Of a stretch of DNA of 64,000 nucleotides, positions 28,586 through 39,381 are shown in pieces. The position numbers and the translations under genes are program-made. Each line of letters starts with the position of its first letter. Position 1 is the first letter of the stretch. The DNA comes from Desulfobacterales bacterium (GTDB taxonomy: Bacteria > Desulfobacterota > Desulfobacteria > Desulfobacterales > UBA2174). The DNA is taken from contig CAXXWC010000010.1 of the NCBI GenBank assembly GCA_963668645.2, positions 320,001 through 384,000 of the forward strand. The letters are read 5' to 3'. The notes below the pieces were generated by a model. It searched no databases. It had not been told where the DNA came from and saw only the letters and a list, made by a program, of their open reading frames with translations.

Positions 28586-29013
28586 ATGGCTGACAATTGC
28601 TGCGCTGGCGGCGCTGAGGTGATGATTCTGGCCTGTTCGGGCGGATCCAACGTAGGGCAATTGTCCAACCAGGCGGCCGTGGAGCTGACCGGGGAAGGCT
28701 TCGGCAAAATGTTCTGCCTGGCGGGCATCGGCGGAAAACTTTCCGGTTTCGTGCAGTCGGCCAGGGACGTGCCGCAAATGGTCGTTATCGACGGGTGCCA
28801 GGTGGGCTGCGCCCGGGCATCATGGAGCAGGCGGGCGTTGCGCTGCGCGGCTACCTCGTGCTCACCGACGAGGGGATCGAAAAAAACAAGAATCTGTTCC
28901 CGGAACGCGCCGACATTGAGAAGGCCAAGGCGGCCGTGAAACGGGTGGCGGCGCAAAGCAACGCGGGCGATCCAAAGACCATCAGCAGTGGATGCGGATG
29001 TGATGCTTGCTGA
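28586..29013 (+). pseudogene. DGC-domain putative zinc-binding protein, one-base frameshift near 28815-28817
   Basis: ACSGGSNVGQ, MFCLAGIG, IDGC..GCA in one frame; continuation IMEQAG..LTDEGIEK in another frame. Confidence 0.85.
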
Positions 29014-29207
29014 TCGACAGTCTTCGGGATAGCAGCGAACTCTGCCGACGGCTGCTGAAACGGCCGGCTGGATCAGGCCGTGGCGGCCGCTTTTGAAATC
29101 TCAGGTTCGGCTCTCCGCCGTTTGGTTCCCCGGCAAGATTTCCAGGCAACTATAAGCAGCCACAGACGAGTGATGGTTCGATGGACCCCAGATGAAGGGA
29201 AAGAGAC

Positions 29208-29735
29208 ATGCTGCTGGAAAGCTACCGGCTGGAGATCTTCAACTCGGCGTGCCAGCCCGGTGCCATGTCCGTCCACTGCTTTGCCCACCTGGACCAGGAC
29301 GTGGGGCCGGCCCTGCCCTATCTGAACGCCGTTTTGGGCGGGTTTGAATACATCAAGGACCCGCCCTCGGTGACCTTCAAGGCCCAGGGCAAGCTGATCA
29401 GCGTGCACGGCCGCAAGATCGCCATCAACGCACTGAAAGACGAGACCGAGGCGCGCAAGATCGTCGAGTGGCTCAAACGGGAAATCAACCAAGCCTGGGA
29501 AAACCGGGCCGATTTAGAGCCGAGCTTCACGGCAGCTCCCCGGCCCCAGGTGATCGAAGTGCTCAAACGCCTGCCCAAGACCAACTGCCGCAAATGCGGT
29601 GAGCCCACCTGTATGGTGTTCGCTGTGAGGCTCTGCGAGGGGGCCAGGGGCGCCGCCGCCTGCCCGGAACTCGACGAGTTCCATCGCCTGAACCTCGATG
29701 GGTACCTGAGCCGGTTCCACCTGGACGACCCGTGA
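29208..29735 (+). CDS. Fe-S-binding protein
   Basis: LPYLNA, C-terminal LPKTNCRKCGEPTCMVFA..CP. Confidence 0.88.
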   Translation: MLLESYRLEIFNSACQPGAMSVHCFAHLDQDVGPALPYLNAVLGGFEYIKDPPSVTFKAQGKLISVHGRKIAINALKDETEARKIVEWLKREINQAWENRADLEPSFTAAPRPQVIEVLKRLPKTNCRKCGEPTCMVFAVRLCEGARGAAACPELDEFHRLNLDGYLSRFHLDDP

Positions 29736-29769
29736 CAGTTCATCGGAGACTTTTATGGAGCGATGCAAA

Positions 29770-30195
29770 ATGAGGCGTGCAACCGGTTGGATTCTGGGGT
29801 TGATCCTGGCCACGTTGATGACATCGGCTGCCTGGGCCATGGTACGGCCACAAGCGGTGCAGGACAATCGGAAGGCCGCACCGGTGCTGACCCAGAACTC
29901 GGCTTCATCGCCGGGGACCGGCCGCGTGACCATGATCGACCTGGGCGCCAATGCATGCGTGCCCTGCAAGATGATGGCGCCCATCATCGAGGCACTCCAG
30001 AAAGAATATGCCGGCCGGGCCGACATCCTTTTTTACGATGTCTGGAAAGACCCGGCCCAGGCCAGAAAGTACGGTATCCGGGCCATACCGACCCAGATCT
30101 TTTTCGACCGTGAAGGACGGGAAGTCCACCGCCATACCGGCTTTTTGGACAAGCAAAGCATCGTCGCCATCCTGACCAGACTCGGCGTATCCTGA
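29770..30195 (+). CDS. Exported thioredoxin-family protein
   Basis: Signal peptide, CVPC, IPTQIFFD. Confidence 0.9.
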   Translation: MRRATGWILGLILATLMTSAAWAMVRPQAVQDNRKAAPVLTQNSASSPGTGRVTMIDLGANACVPCKMMAPIIEALQKEYAGRADILFYDVWKDPAQARKYGIRAIPTQIFFDREGREVHRHTGFLDKQSIVAILTRLGVS

Positions 30196-30246
30196 CAAGC
30201 GCCCGGAAACCGGCCGGTAGTGCCGTCCCGGGGAGGCCCAGCGCTC

Positions 30247-30954
30247 ATGTTCCATCAGTTTTTGATTGCCATCAACCAGTGGATGAGCGGTGGGTTGGCG
30301 CTGGCGGCTGCCGGTGCTTTTCTCTGGGGCATGGTCAGCGTGCTCTTTTCTCCCTGCCACCTGGCCTCTATTCCGCTGATCGTGGCCTATGTGGGCGGGC
30401 AAAGAACCGTTATCCCCCCCCGGCGGGCCGCCTGGTACGCCATCGCTTTTTCCATGGGGTTGTTTCTCACCATCGCCGTGGTGGGCATTGCATGCGCGGT
30501 TTTAGGCCGCATGCTCGGTGACGTGGGCAGATGGTGGCAGGTCCCGGTCGGGGCCGTTCTGATCTGGGTGGCCATGGGCATGCTTGGCGTGCAGGCCTGC
30601 ACCATGTCCGGGTCGTTGCTCTACCGGTTCCAGCTGCGCGGCATCCACGGCGCTTTTGGCCTGGGAATGGCCTACGGTCTGCTCTCCGGCTCTTGCACCT
30701 TCGGTTTCATCGCCCCCATCCTGGCCATCGTCACCGTACAGCAGAAAATCGTCGCCGGTTCCTTGATGATGCTTCTCTTTGCCGCCGGCCACTGCCTGCC
30801 CATCGCCGTGGCCGGCAGTTCCACCGCCATGGTGCGCAGATTGACGGAAAGCGTTGCCTGGCAAGGGGCCGGTTTGTGGTTCCGGCGTGCCGCCGGGGTC
30901 GTCATCGGGCTGTTGGGCCTTTTTTTTGTGGCCAACCCGCTCATCGGCGCTTGA
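30247..30954 (+). CDS. ccdA: CcdA/DsbD transmembrane electron transporter
   Basis: SPCHLASIPL and SCTFGF conserved Cys pair in a multi-TM protein. Confidence 0.88.
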   Translation: MFHQFLIAINQWMSGGLALAAAGAFLWGMVSVLFSPCHLASIPLIVAYVGGQRTVIPPRRAAWYAIAFSMGLFLTIAVVGIACAVLGRMLGDVGRWWQVPVGAVLIWVAMGMLGVQACTMSGSLLYRFQLRGIHGAFGLGMAYGLLSGSCTFGFIAPILAIVTVQQKIVAGSLMMLLFAAGHCLPIAVAGSSTAMVRRLTESVAWQGAGLWFRRAAGVVIGLLGLFFVANPLIGA

Positions 30955-31847
30955 GCGTAACCGCACCCCAAACAGCGCACATATACGATACGCCCAAGGT
31001 GCTGATGCTCCTGACCCTGGTGGTCTTCGGCGTCGGCATCCTGCGCAGCTTCTTTACTGCCGAGCGCACCCGGGCCGTTCTGGCGGGCAAGAGTGCCCTG
31101 GCCGGCAGCGTGCTGGCCGCCCTGCTGGGCATCGTCACCCCTTTTTGCTCCTGTTCGGCCGTGCCGCTTTTTATCGGTTTTGTCACCGCCGGGGTCCCGC
31201 TGGGGGTGACCTTTTCGTTTCTTATCGCCGCGCCGATGGTCAACGAGGTCGCCGTGGGCCTGCTCTTGGGCCTGGTGGGCTGGCAGGTCTCCCTGCTCTA
31301 CATGGCCACTGGTCTGAGCGTCGCGGTGGGGGCCGGCTGGACCATCGGCAAGCTCGGCCTGGAACACCACATCGAGCCCTGGGTCACCGGCATGCTTGCG
31401 GTTCCGGCTGCGGTAGTCGAGGAACGTTTGACCTGGCCCGATCGTGTCCGCTACGGCGCCGATGCGGTGCGCGAGATCGTGGCCAAGGTCTGGCTCTACC
31501 TGATCGCCGGCATCGCGGTGGGGGCCGGCATCCACGGCTACGTGCCCCAAGACGCCATGGCGGCCGTCATGGGCAAGGGAGCCTGGTGGAGCGTACCGCT
31601 GGCCGTGATCATCGGGGTGCCGATGTACGCCAACGCCGCCGGAATCATTCCGGTGGTCGAGGCCCTGCTGGGCAAGGGAGCGGCTCTGGGCACGGTGCTG
31701 GCCTTCATGATGTCGGTGATCGCCCTTTCCCTGCCGGAGATGATCATCCTGCGCAAGGTCCTGCGCCCCAGGCTGATCGGCGTTTTTATCGCGGTGGTGA
31801 CATGCGGTATTTTGCTGGTGGGCTATCTTTTCAACGCCCTGATCTAG
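30951..31847 (+). CDS. Second DUF318/ArsP-family permease, N-terminus apparently shortened
   Basis: YDTPKV, TPFCSCSAVPLF, APMVNE, GVPMYANAAG, LSLPE; TTG start overlaps the ccdA stop. Confidence 0.85.
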   Translation: MSVTAPQTAHIYDTPKVLMLLTLVVFGVGILRSFFTAERTRAVLAGKSALAGSVLAALLGIVTPFCSCSAVPLFIGFVTAGVPLGVTFSFLIAAPMVNEVAVGLLLGLVGWQVSLLYMATGLSVAVGAGWTIGKLGLEHHIEPWVTGMLAVPAAVVEERLTWPDRVRYGADAVREIVAKVWLYLIAGIAVGAGIHGYVPQDAMAAVMGKGAWWSVPLAVIIGVPMYANAAGIIPVVEALLGKGAALGTVLAFMMSVIALSLPEMIILRKVLRPRLIGVFIAVVTCGILLVGYLFNALI

Positions 31848-32207
31848 GCCGCCGAACAAGCAAAGCCGTCAAACCGGCAGCCGCTCGCAATACCACGGGC
31901 GTATCTTGAGAAGAATTTTTCACATGGAATGCATCATTCTTTATTGTACGTGATGCAAAAAGAGAGCAGACTATGTTCCTGCAAAGACATGGCGAATCTT
32001 TGATGTTGTTTTTGCTCATGCTATGGAGGTTGAAGATGTCATTCGAAAACGTAAACGATTTAGTTATACCCCAAGGTGGAAGGGCTCAATATTACATAAC
32101 CGATGGCCGATTGGAAATAATCGGTGCAAGCGAAGAATGGCATTGATGACAACGACAAATATCCACTTCTTTTTTTTCTTGCCGAGTGTGGCGTTTGGAT
32201 CTGTGAT

Positions 32208-32945
32208 ATGAAGCAAAACATATATGATAATCCAGATTTTTTCAAAGGCTATATGGATCTTAGATCCAGTGAAAGCGGTTTTAATGTCGCTATTGAGGAA
32301 CCTGCAGTCCACAGTCTGTTACCACCGCTTGAAGACTTGCACATTTTAGATCTCGGCTGCGGTTTTGGTAAGTTTACCGCCTTTTGTCTCAAACATGGGG
32401 CGGCCCATGTGGTGGGTGCAGATATTTCTCAAAAAATGATATTAGAAGCTGAAAACAGGATAAAGGACCAAAGGGCGAGTTTTTTGGTCACACCGGTTGA
32501 GGATTTTGAAGTGGGTAAGGGCAGGTTTGATCTCGTTGTTTCTTCAATGTGTTTTCATTATGTAAGGGATATCAGACCGGTATTTAAAAAAGTTGCCCTT
32601 GCTCTTAAGGAAGGCGGGCATTTTGTTTTTTCTGTTGAACATCCAATCTGCACCTCCCTGTTGAAAGGGTGGTGCAACTCAGATGATGTTCCCAAAAGAC
32701 ATTGGCCAGTCGACGACTATAAGAAAGAAACCATACGTGTGTCTAATTGGTTCGTTGATGGTGTCATTAAATATCATCGAACCATTGAGACATATGTAAA
32801 CGAATTTATCGATGCAGGTTTTTTAATAAGGAGGTTGATTGAACCCGGTCCAAGCATAGCTGCCATATCTGAAAGGCCCGAGCTTTCTGAGCATCTGAGA
32901 CGGCCGCCAATTTTAGTATTAGCCGGTATAAAATTGCTGGATTGA
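32208..32945 (+). CDS. Class I SAM-dependent methyltransferase (low GC)
   Basis: QNIYDNPDFF, LDLGCGFG, FSVEHP. Confidence 0.9.
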   Translation: MKQNIYDNPDFFKGYMDLRSSESGFNVAIEEPAVHSLLPPLEDLHILDLGCGFGKFTAFCLKHGAAHVVGADISQKMILEAENRIKDQRASFLVTPVEDFEVGKGRFDLVVSSMCFHYVRDIRPVFKKVALALKEGGHFVFSVEHPICTSLLKGWCNSDDVPKRHWPVDDYKKETIRVSNWFVDGVIKYHRTIETYVNEFIDAGFLIRRLIEPGPSIAAISERPELSEHLRRPPILVLAGIKLLD

Positions 32946-33328
32946 ACATTTTTATGCTTCACAAGTTTTCGCCCAGGAAAAATTTCTGGGAAAATATGCG
33001 GGCAATAAAATTGCCGAAGAACTGGTGGAAAACCAAAGACATGAACCCGAATTGTACTATAAATATAAGTAACCGTTCACGGGGTTGAAATATTTCGTTT
33101 CCTCTAAATCGATGTCCGGTAAGGGGGTGCGCAAAAATAAAATCACATTTCAGTCGGACAGATGGAGTAGTTCCATTCAGGGCGTAGCGTATGGAGCTTG
33201 ATATTAATCTTTTCTATTTGCCCATCGGAAATACGTATTCCTTTTTGGAATTAACTGTCAAACTTCAGTTTTGGGCAATAATGATATTGCCCTGGGCAGC
33301 CGGCACTCATAATATTCACCGGGTCCGT

Positions 33329-34912
33329 CTACCAAAGTTGACTGTCAAAACCCATCAGCGGCATGATGTACTGGGTCCAGGGAATCAGCAACAGCCAGAC
33401 AACGGTGATCATAACTATACCGTATTTGAAGGAGTCCCAACTGGAATAGTGATTACTTAGATAGCAGATGGTCGCAGGTTTGCTGTTGAAGTATAAAATA
33501 TAAACCTGATTTATGAGAAAGGCCATGGGCAGGCCAAATCCAAGAACATTCCAACCAAACTTCTGGGCGACACCAATTATGATTGGAAAAAATATCATTG
33601 TTCGCGCTGTTTTGCTTTGGTTGAATATTGAACTATAGGCAAACAGAGCGCTGAGCAGCATAAAAACAATTAATTTGGGCGCATCGTTACCAATACCAAA
33701 CATTTCAAAAATATTGTTAATGCCGATTCCAACGATATTGGTGGATTTAATCCCGCCGCCCAGGACATATGCGCCGAAACTGAACAAAAGAAGATGCCAG
33801 GGAATATCTGTATCGTTCCAAGTGATGGAACCGATTTTTGGCAATCCTGAAAAAGCCGGCATCAATGCGACGATTGCACCGATCAATGCTGCCGCTGTGG
33901 CACTTATTCCGTGAAGCTTGTCCGTAGCCCAGAGCCCAAGAACACAGCAGAAAATTATAGCGGATTTTAGCTCATTAAGCGAGAAAGGTCCCATACTGTC
34001 CAGTTCCTCTTTCAAGCGATTCATTCCGCCTTTGATGGAAGGCTTTTTCACGGTTTCTGAAAGGGGGAAAATCAAGCGGGTTCCCAACCACCATCCAAAG
34101 CCGCAGACAATAAATGCCAGAGGCGCCAAAGCCATGAACCAGTCCATGTAATAGAGATCTTCGCCCGCACCAATGAGCATGCTTGCCGCGACAAGATTTG
34201 CCGCAGACCCCGTCATATACGCACTGCATGAGACGTTGATGCCCAGCAGGTTCTGGAGTACAAGATTTCGCCCGAAATTGTTGCGGCTGTCACCACCGCT
34301 TGCACCGTAAATAGCGCTGATCACCATGAAAATGGGCATCAAAAGTGCTGCTTTAGCGGCTGTTGCGTTGATAAACGCACCCAGGAAAATATTCAGGATT
34401 AAAAAACTCCAGAAAACAGGCGTTGCATTGTGACCTGCCTTGAGAATGAATTTTAGAGCGATGCGTTTTGCCAGACCGCAGGAGACAAGCATACTGGCTA
34501 AGATAAAGCTTGCAATGTTAAGGATCATTACCTTATGGCCGAAATAGGCGTAAGCTGTATTCTCTTTAATAATACCTGTGGTGACGACCAAGACGATCAG
34601 GATAAGCGAAGTCAGGTAGTTAGGTATTGCCTCGGTGATCCAAAGAATCAGAGAGGCTCCAAAGATACCGAGCATGGTATAGCAGCTTTGGGCAGGCACC
34701 TTGGTCTGCACCTCAAAAGACTCGATTGATCCGCAAAATTTGAAATAAAAAAAACAGAAGAATAGAACTGCCAGCGGCAGGCCGATATTTTTTAACAATA
34801 CCATAATTGGGCCGGCCGGTAGAACGGGCAGCCTTTCGAGGGTATAGTTGCTCATGTCCAATGGATCAAACTGTTTGGTCGCCGATGTATCAGTTCTCAT
34901 CTTCAGGTCCAT
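33329..34912 (-). CDS. SLC13/DASS family anion transporter
   Basis: LWITEAIP, GLAKRIAL, TGSAAN, LWAT, IPWHLLL; many TMs. Confidence 0.88.
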   Translation of the reverse strand: MDLKMRTDTSATKQFDPLDMSNYTLERLPVLPAGPIMVLLKNIGLPLAVLFFCFFYFKFCGSIESFEVQTKVPAQSCYTMLGIFGASLILWITEAIPNYLTSLILIVLVVTTGIIKENTAYAYFGHKVMILNIASFILASMLVSCGLAKRIALKFILKAGHNATPVFWSFLILNIFLGAFINATAAKAALLMPIFMVISAIYGASGGDSRNNFGRNLVLQNLLGINVSCSAYMTGSAANLVAASMLIGAGEDLYYMDWFMALAPLAFIVCGFGWWLGTRLIFPLSETVKKPSIKGGMNRLKEELDSMGPFSLNELKSAIIFCCVLGLWATDKLHGISATAAALIGAIVALMPAFSGLPKIGSITWNDTDIPWHLLLFSFGAYVLGGGIKSTNIVGIGINNIFEMFGIGNDAPKLIVFMLLSALFAYSSIFNQSKTARTMIFFPIIIGVAQKFGWNVLGFGLPMAFLINQVYILYFNSKPATICYLSNHYSSWDSFKYGIVMITVVWLLLIPWTQYIMPLMGFDSQLW

Positions 34913-35813
34913 TTTTCTCTCCTTCGCTCCGCCCTACATTCGGCATGAATTCATGGGCATAGTGTTTATCACAATCTTATTTATGGTATTTATATGCTTG
35001 GTCCACTATGCTTTGTCCACGCCAAGGCTATTTTTTCATTCGTCCCCTATATCTCGTATATGAACTTCAAATACAAATAATAACCCATTGTAAAATACAT
35101 AAGTATATCTTATGAATCTCCTCCCCCATTGGGTGAGAAGATATGGTCTATGCGGTTAATGCCGTCTCCAGATTTTTTCCTCTCCGGTCCGGTGTCAGCG
35201 GATCATATTCATGTGGTACACTTTATCGGCTGCCACCTTTTGGGGGTAAGGGTTCGCGTAAAAATTAGTTCACAGAAATTCAGCGTTCAGGCGCCCGCTC
35301 AGCAAGACGTCAAAATTATGGCATATCCAGCATATTCCGTATTTTCGCAACGCCGCTGAGCGGGATGGATGGACGCTGAGAATGGGAAGTTATTTTTGCG
35401 CGAGCCCAATCGTTTAAAGCCGGTTGGTCATTCCAACCCCCTGAACACTGACTTTTGGTGGGAATCTTTATCGCAGATAAACATGGTGTTCTTGGCAGCA
35501 TCCATGTTGTTGAGGGAATCGCTGATACTCAGGTGGGTGATATCCATAAGCCCGCCCCAGGCCTGCCCTATGGCTCCGGGTTTCATCAAAATTTCCTTTC
35601 GATAATACATAACGGTTTCACTTCTGAAGGCATTTCTGATGGCCTCTTTCATGCGATCCTTAAAACCATATCCGATGACAAGCGGTAAAACGATAAATCA
35701 GTTGAAACAGGCCCCCCTACCTTCCTCGCTTAATTTCAAATTGAGACCTGCCCCAGATGGTTACAAATTTCTGGATCATTTTTAAAGAGAACGCAAAGGA
35801 GGGCAGACAGTGT

Positions 35814-35848
35814 AAAAAGGCCCCCGGACAACATGTGTCCGGGGGCCT
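35814..35848 (-). terminator. Intrinsic terminator after the DHH phosphatase gene
   Basis: 13-bp stem AGGCCCCCGGACA/TGTCCGGGGGCCT followed by a U-run on the minus strand. Confidence 0.8.
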
Positions 35849-35856
35849 GGAGGAAG

Positions 35857-36945
35857 CTAGTTGGCAAAATGTTCGTCCATCATGGAGGACAGTTTTTTTC
35901 TTGATATGCTGAGACTTGCCTGGGAGTAAAAGATAAGTTTTCCTTCCAGACAGGGTTTTTGCCCTTCAAATGAAAATTGTTTCAGGCCCAGGCCCTTTCC
36001 CTGAAGAAATGAAATCAGCCTGTCGTGGACCGTTGCGTCCCTGCAGTAAACGGCAAGGTCCCGGTTAAAATCCGGATTTGTGTATGCGTTCATGGACAGT
36101 AGCACATCCAGATTCCGGCGGCTGGCATAGGTCTCAAATCCCAGGCAGAGTTCATTGTCTTTATTGATCCACTGCGCCATAGACAGCAGGGCGGAAGCAA
36201 TGCCGCAACGGATACCATTAAATTTGAATTCCTTGTAGTCCTTGCGGAGAAGATCAATAGTCGACAGGCTGGCGGTATCAAATTTGGCTTTCTGGACTTC
36301 CCTGAAATACTGATTTTGGTCAAGGGGACAATGCTCCATGAGTTTGACGGCAATTTCGCTGTCCTTGTCCGTGACCCGCCCCGCTTCAGTGTCCAGATTC
36401 ACAGTGTCCAGAAGAATGGTACCCGCAAGAAGCGTGGCCAGCTGGGTATCCATGAGTCCTGAATGATCCCGGATCAGGATTTCGCCCACCAGGGTGGCGG
36501 TGGATCCCACCGGTTCAATAGCCCTGAATTCAACCCCGTTGTATAGCCCTTCGTCCTTGTGGTGGTCCAAAATCATCCTGACCTTGTCGCCGCAGTTCTC
36601 AAAGGTGCCGGACAATTTATTATGATCCACAATGGCCAGGTTGTTTACCTGCTCCATGAAGGACTGGGGCATTTCATCCAAAAAAATCAGATTGGCCAGG
36701 TCAATCTGTGCCGTTTTAAACACATATACGGCTTCAGTTCTCAGCTTGAAATCTTCTTTTACGATGGGCATGAGGGGGACAATATTCTTATTGGGTTCCG
36801 CTTGCGACCGGATATAGGCAAAAGCAATCGCAGAAGCCATTGAGTCAAGATCGGCAGCCTCGTTCCCCATGACCATGAGGTCAATGGGCTTGTTGACGAT
36901 ATCTATTTTGGCGCTGAGAAGATATTGGTTGATTGATTGGGGCAT
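35857..36945 (-). CDS. DHH/DHHA2 phosphoesterase (PPX1/PRUNE-like exopolyphosphatase or family II pyrophosphatase)
   Basis: GNEAADLDS, VDHN, LDHH, VGSTAT, ILLDT, LLRKDYK. Confidence 0.88.
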   Translation of the reverse strand: MPQSINQYLLSAKIDIVNKPIDLMVMGNEAADLDSMASAIAFAYIRSQAEPNKNIVPLMPIVKEDFKLRTEAVYVFKTAQIDLANLIFLDEMPQSFMEQVNNLAIVDHNKLSGTFENCGDKVRMILDHHKDEGLYNGVEFRAIEPVGSTATLVGEILIRDHSGLMDTQLATLLAGTILLDTVNLDTEAGRVTDKDSEIAVKLMEHCPLDQNQYFREVQKAKFDTASLSTIDLLRKDYKEFKFNGIRCGIASALLSMAQWINKDNELCLGFETYASRRNLDVLLSMNAYTNPDFNRDLAVYCRDATVHDRLISFLQGKGLGLKQFSFEGQKPCLEGKLIFYSQASLSISRKKLSSMMDEHFAN

Positions 36946-37537
36946 GTTATCTCCTGTTTATATCTCAAATATTTTGATAATAATAAATGTGTCACTGTGG
37001 GATTTTAAAAACAAACAATAAAGCCGAAATATAAAAGATGAGGCCCGGCGGGTCAAATTCGAATCCGCTATGGGTGACATAATCAATTCTTATGGCTCTG
37101 GCTCTATATCGGCCGCCATATTGCCTGGTACAAGGATTTATTTGGAACAAGTTTATTATCTAGTTTCCGTCCATAAATCGCCAAAATTGACCGTCCGGTG
37201 GCCCGGCAAAGGGACGGCAAGCGAATGATCTCGAAAGAATTTAGCAAAAAGTAAGCTTGTCTCTTGGGCTTGGATGTGACTGGCGATCTCGGACATCAGG
37301 GGCATTTGGCGTTGCCATTTTTCGCGCATTTTGGGTTGGTCTTTTTTTCGATTTTGTTAGTATTTGCGGTTGGTTGGTTCCATCGTTTATATTAAACTCA
37401 GCCTCGAAACTCCAGCTCAAAATGCGCTTTTTTTCGCTTGCCGGATAGTTACGGCCGCGGATGGAAACTATCTATAGAGCCAATCTTGCGGCGTGACCAC
37501 CTTGTTTGCCTCCGCAGTTTTTTAGGAAGGGCCCCCC

Positions 37538-38482
37538 TTACCGGGCACAAATGCTCAGTTTTGAAGTCAGGATATCCCCACAGCCTAAAGCTTCAGACAG
37601 CATAGCTAAAAAGGCTTTGGCTGCCACGGAAAGTTTTCTGGCCTTATGGAGGAGAAGATAAAAAGTCACCTCCCCCTTGAACCCTTCTAAATTGACACGG
37701 GCCAGCCGGCCTGACGAAAGTTCCCGTTTAACGGCTGATTCTGGAATGACAGTGATGCCGAACCCCTCTTCAACAATCCGTTTTGCCGATTCAACATTTT
37801 CAAGCTCTATGAATTTTAAATTGGATTTATCGCTTTTATGCTCAGAGAACCAGGTGGAAACAAACTGCCGGGTTTGTGTGCCGTGCTCCCGGGTGATAAA
37901 GGGGATTCGTTTGAGATCGGATATGGCGATCAGGCTTTTTTTTGCCAGGGGGCTATCTCCAGCTACCACTGCAATCATCTCCTCATGGTGTACGACAAAG
38001 GCTTCAACTTCAGGATACCGGACTGGAGCCCCAGCCGCAAATCCGATATCCGCCCGGCCTTCAAGGATCATAAGGATCGTCTGATGGGAGTTGCCTCCCC
38101 GCAGGTTCAGTTCAATGTCCGGATAGTTGTTATGGTACTTTCCTATGATTTTGGGAAGCAGATAGGCGCTGCTCACCGCGGATGAGGCAATGTCAAGCCG
38201 GCCACGGCTCATGTTGTTCATGCCCATGAAAATGGTTTCTACTTCTTGAAATTTTGCAAGCAGTTCCTCTGTTTGCTCAAAGAGGATTTCGCCCCTGCGG
38301 GTCAGCATAATTTTTTTACCGGTTCTGTCAAAGAGGACGGTATCATAAAAATGCTCCAGGGCACGGATGTGCTGGCTCACAGCCGGTTGAGTCAAGAACA
38401 GGGCCCTTGCGGCTTTTGTAAAATTACCGACCTTTGCCACCATAAAAAAAGATTTCAGATGATCAATATTAACGAAACTCAT
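37538..38482 (-). CDS. LysR-family transcriptional regulator
   Basis: NFTKAA..LFLTQPAVSQHIRALE HTH; REHGTQTR. Confidence 0.95.
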   Translation of the reverse strand: MSFVNIDHLKSFFMVAKVGNFTKAARALFLTQPAVSQHIRALEHFYDTVLFDRTGKKIMLTRRGEILFEQTEELLAKFQEVETIFMGMNNMSRGRLDIASSAVSSAYLLPKIIGKYHNNYPDIELNLRGGNSHQTILMILEGRADIGFAAGAPVRYPEVEAFVVHHEEMIAVVAGDSPLAKKSLIAISDLKRIPFITREHGTQTRQFVSTWFSEHKSDKSNLKFIELENVESAKRIVEEGFGITVIPESAVKRELSSGRLARVNLEGFKGEVTFYLLLHKARKLSVAAKAFLAMLSEALGCGDILTSKLSICAR

Positions 38483-39381
38483 AATGAATCTCTGCAGTCT
38501 AAAGTTTTTCCGCCATCAGGCGACCAGTGGCATCAGGCTCTGCTGACAGCCACGGCTCTTTGACATAATTGTCCGGCAAATCGCGTCAGTACTAAAAGCG
38601 TGAAAATTATGGCAGTACTCTTGCTGAACCACTGACCGGACGATCTCTTCGGATGGAATACTGGAACTGACGGTCCGAAGCCACCCCATGTACCGGCGCC
38701 AGATGGTTTCGTGAAAATTGAGCGCCAGTATTTGTAAAATCCCGCATGCGATACAGCCGAAGTTGACAAAAGCCTCGATGGCATCGGTCGCCTCAGCGAT
38801 CAATCGTTGCCCCCGGCGGTCATCGTCGGCGACCAATATGAAACCGACCTTCTGGCCGACCGGCTTCCAGATCAGGTCCAGGCACAGATAAGCGATGCTT
38901 TTTACCTGCCCGTACAGTTCGATGCGGGTCTGTTGGAAGTCCTGGCGGTGAGTGTCGAACAGTTTGATCAGCGAAAGCTTTTGGCCGTATACCCGTGGCC
39001 GGCCGGGACGACCAGTTTTCGGCGGTGCATCGATGTAGGCTACCACATTGCTTTTGGCCCGCGTCACCACATGGACAAGATCGTGGCCGGCGTCGTCGCG
39101 CACCTTTTTGAGGATGGCAAACACCGGTCCGACGGCAAAATAGGCGTCGAGGACCAAAAGACACCATTTGCCCAGCGCCGGCAGCACAGTAGCTGCCATG
39201 GCTGCCATCAGGCTGGTCACGCTGACCTTGGGCTGGACTTGGACCAGTGGTTCGGGCTTTCTTTGGAATGTGCGGATCGTTTCGACTCCTTCATGGAGCT
39301 CGGCACAAAGCGGAATGCAGAAGATTTTTTTTAACCCAGCCGCCCAGAACACCGATCACTCCCCAGTGGTGCCCGTAAATG

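Noticed and set aside
29011..29060. Sec readthrough at the TGA after CGCDAC of the DGC gene
   Set aside because: No convincing SECIS-type hairpin, another TGA 14 codons later, and no recognisable protein continuation.
33065..33160. Possible IS or MITE end fragments (GTAACCGTTCAC; AAGGGGGTGCGCAAAAATAA)
   Set aside because: No partner repeat or transposase in the window to support a call.
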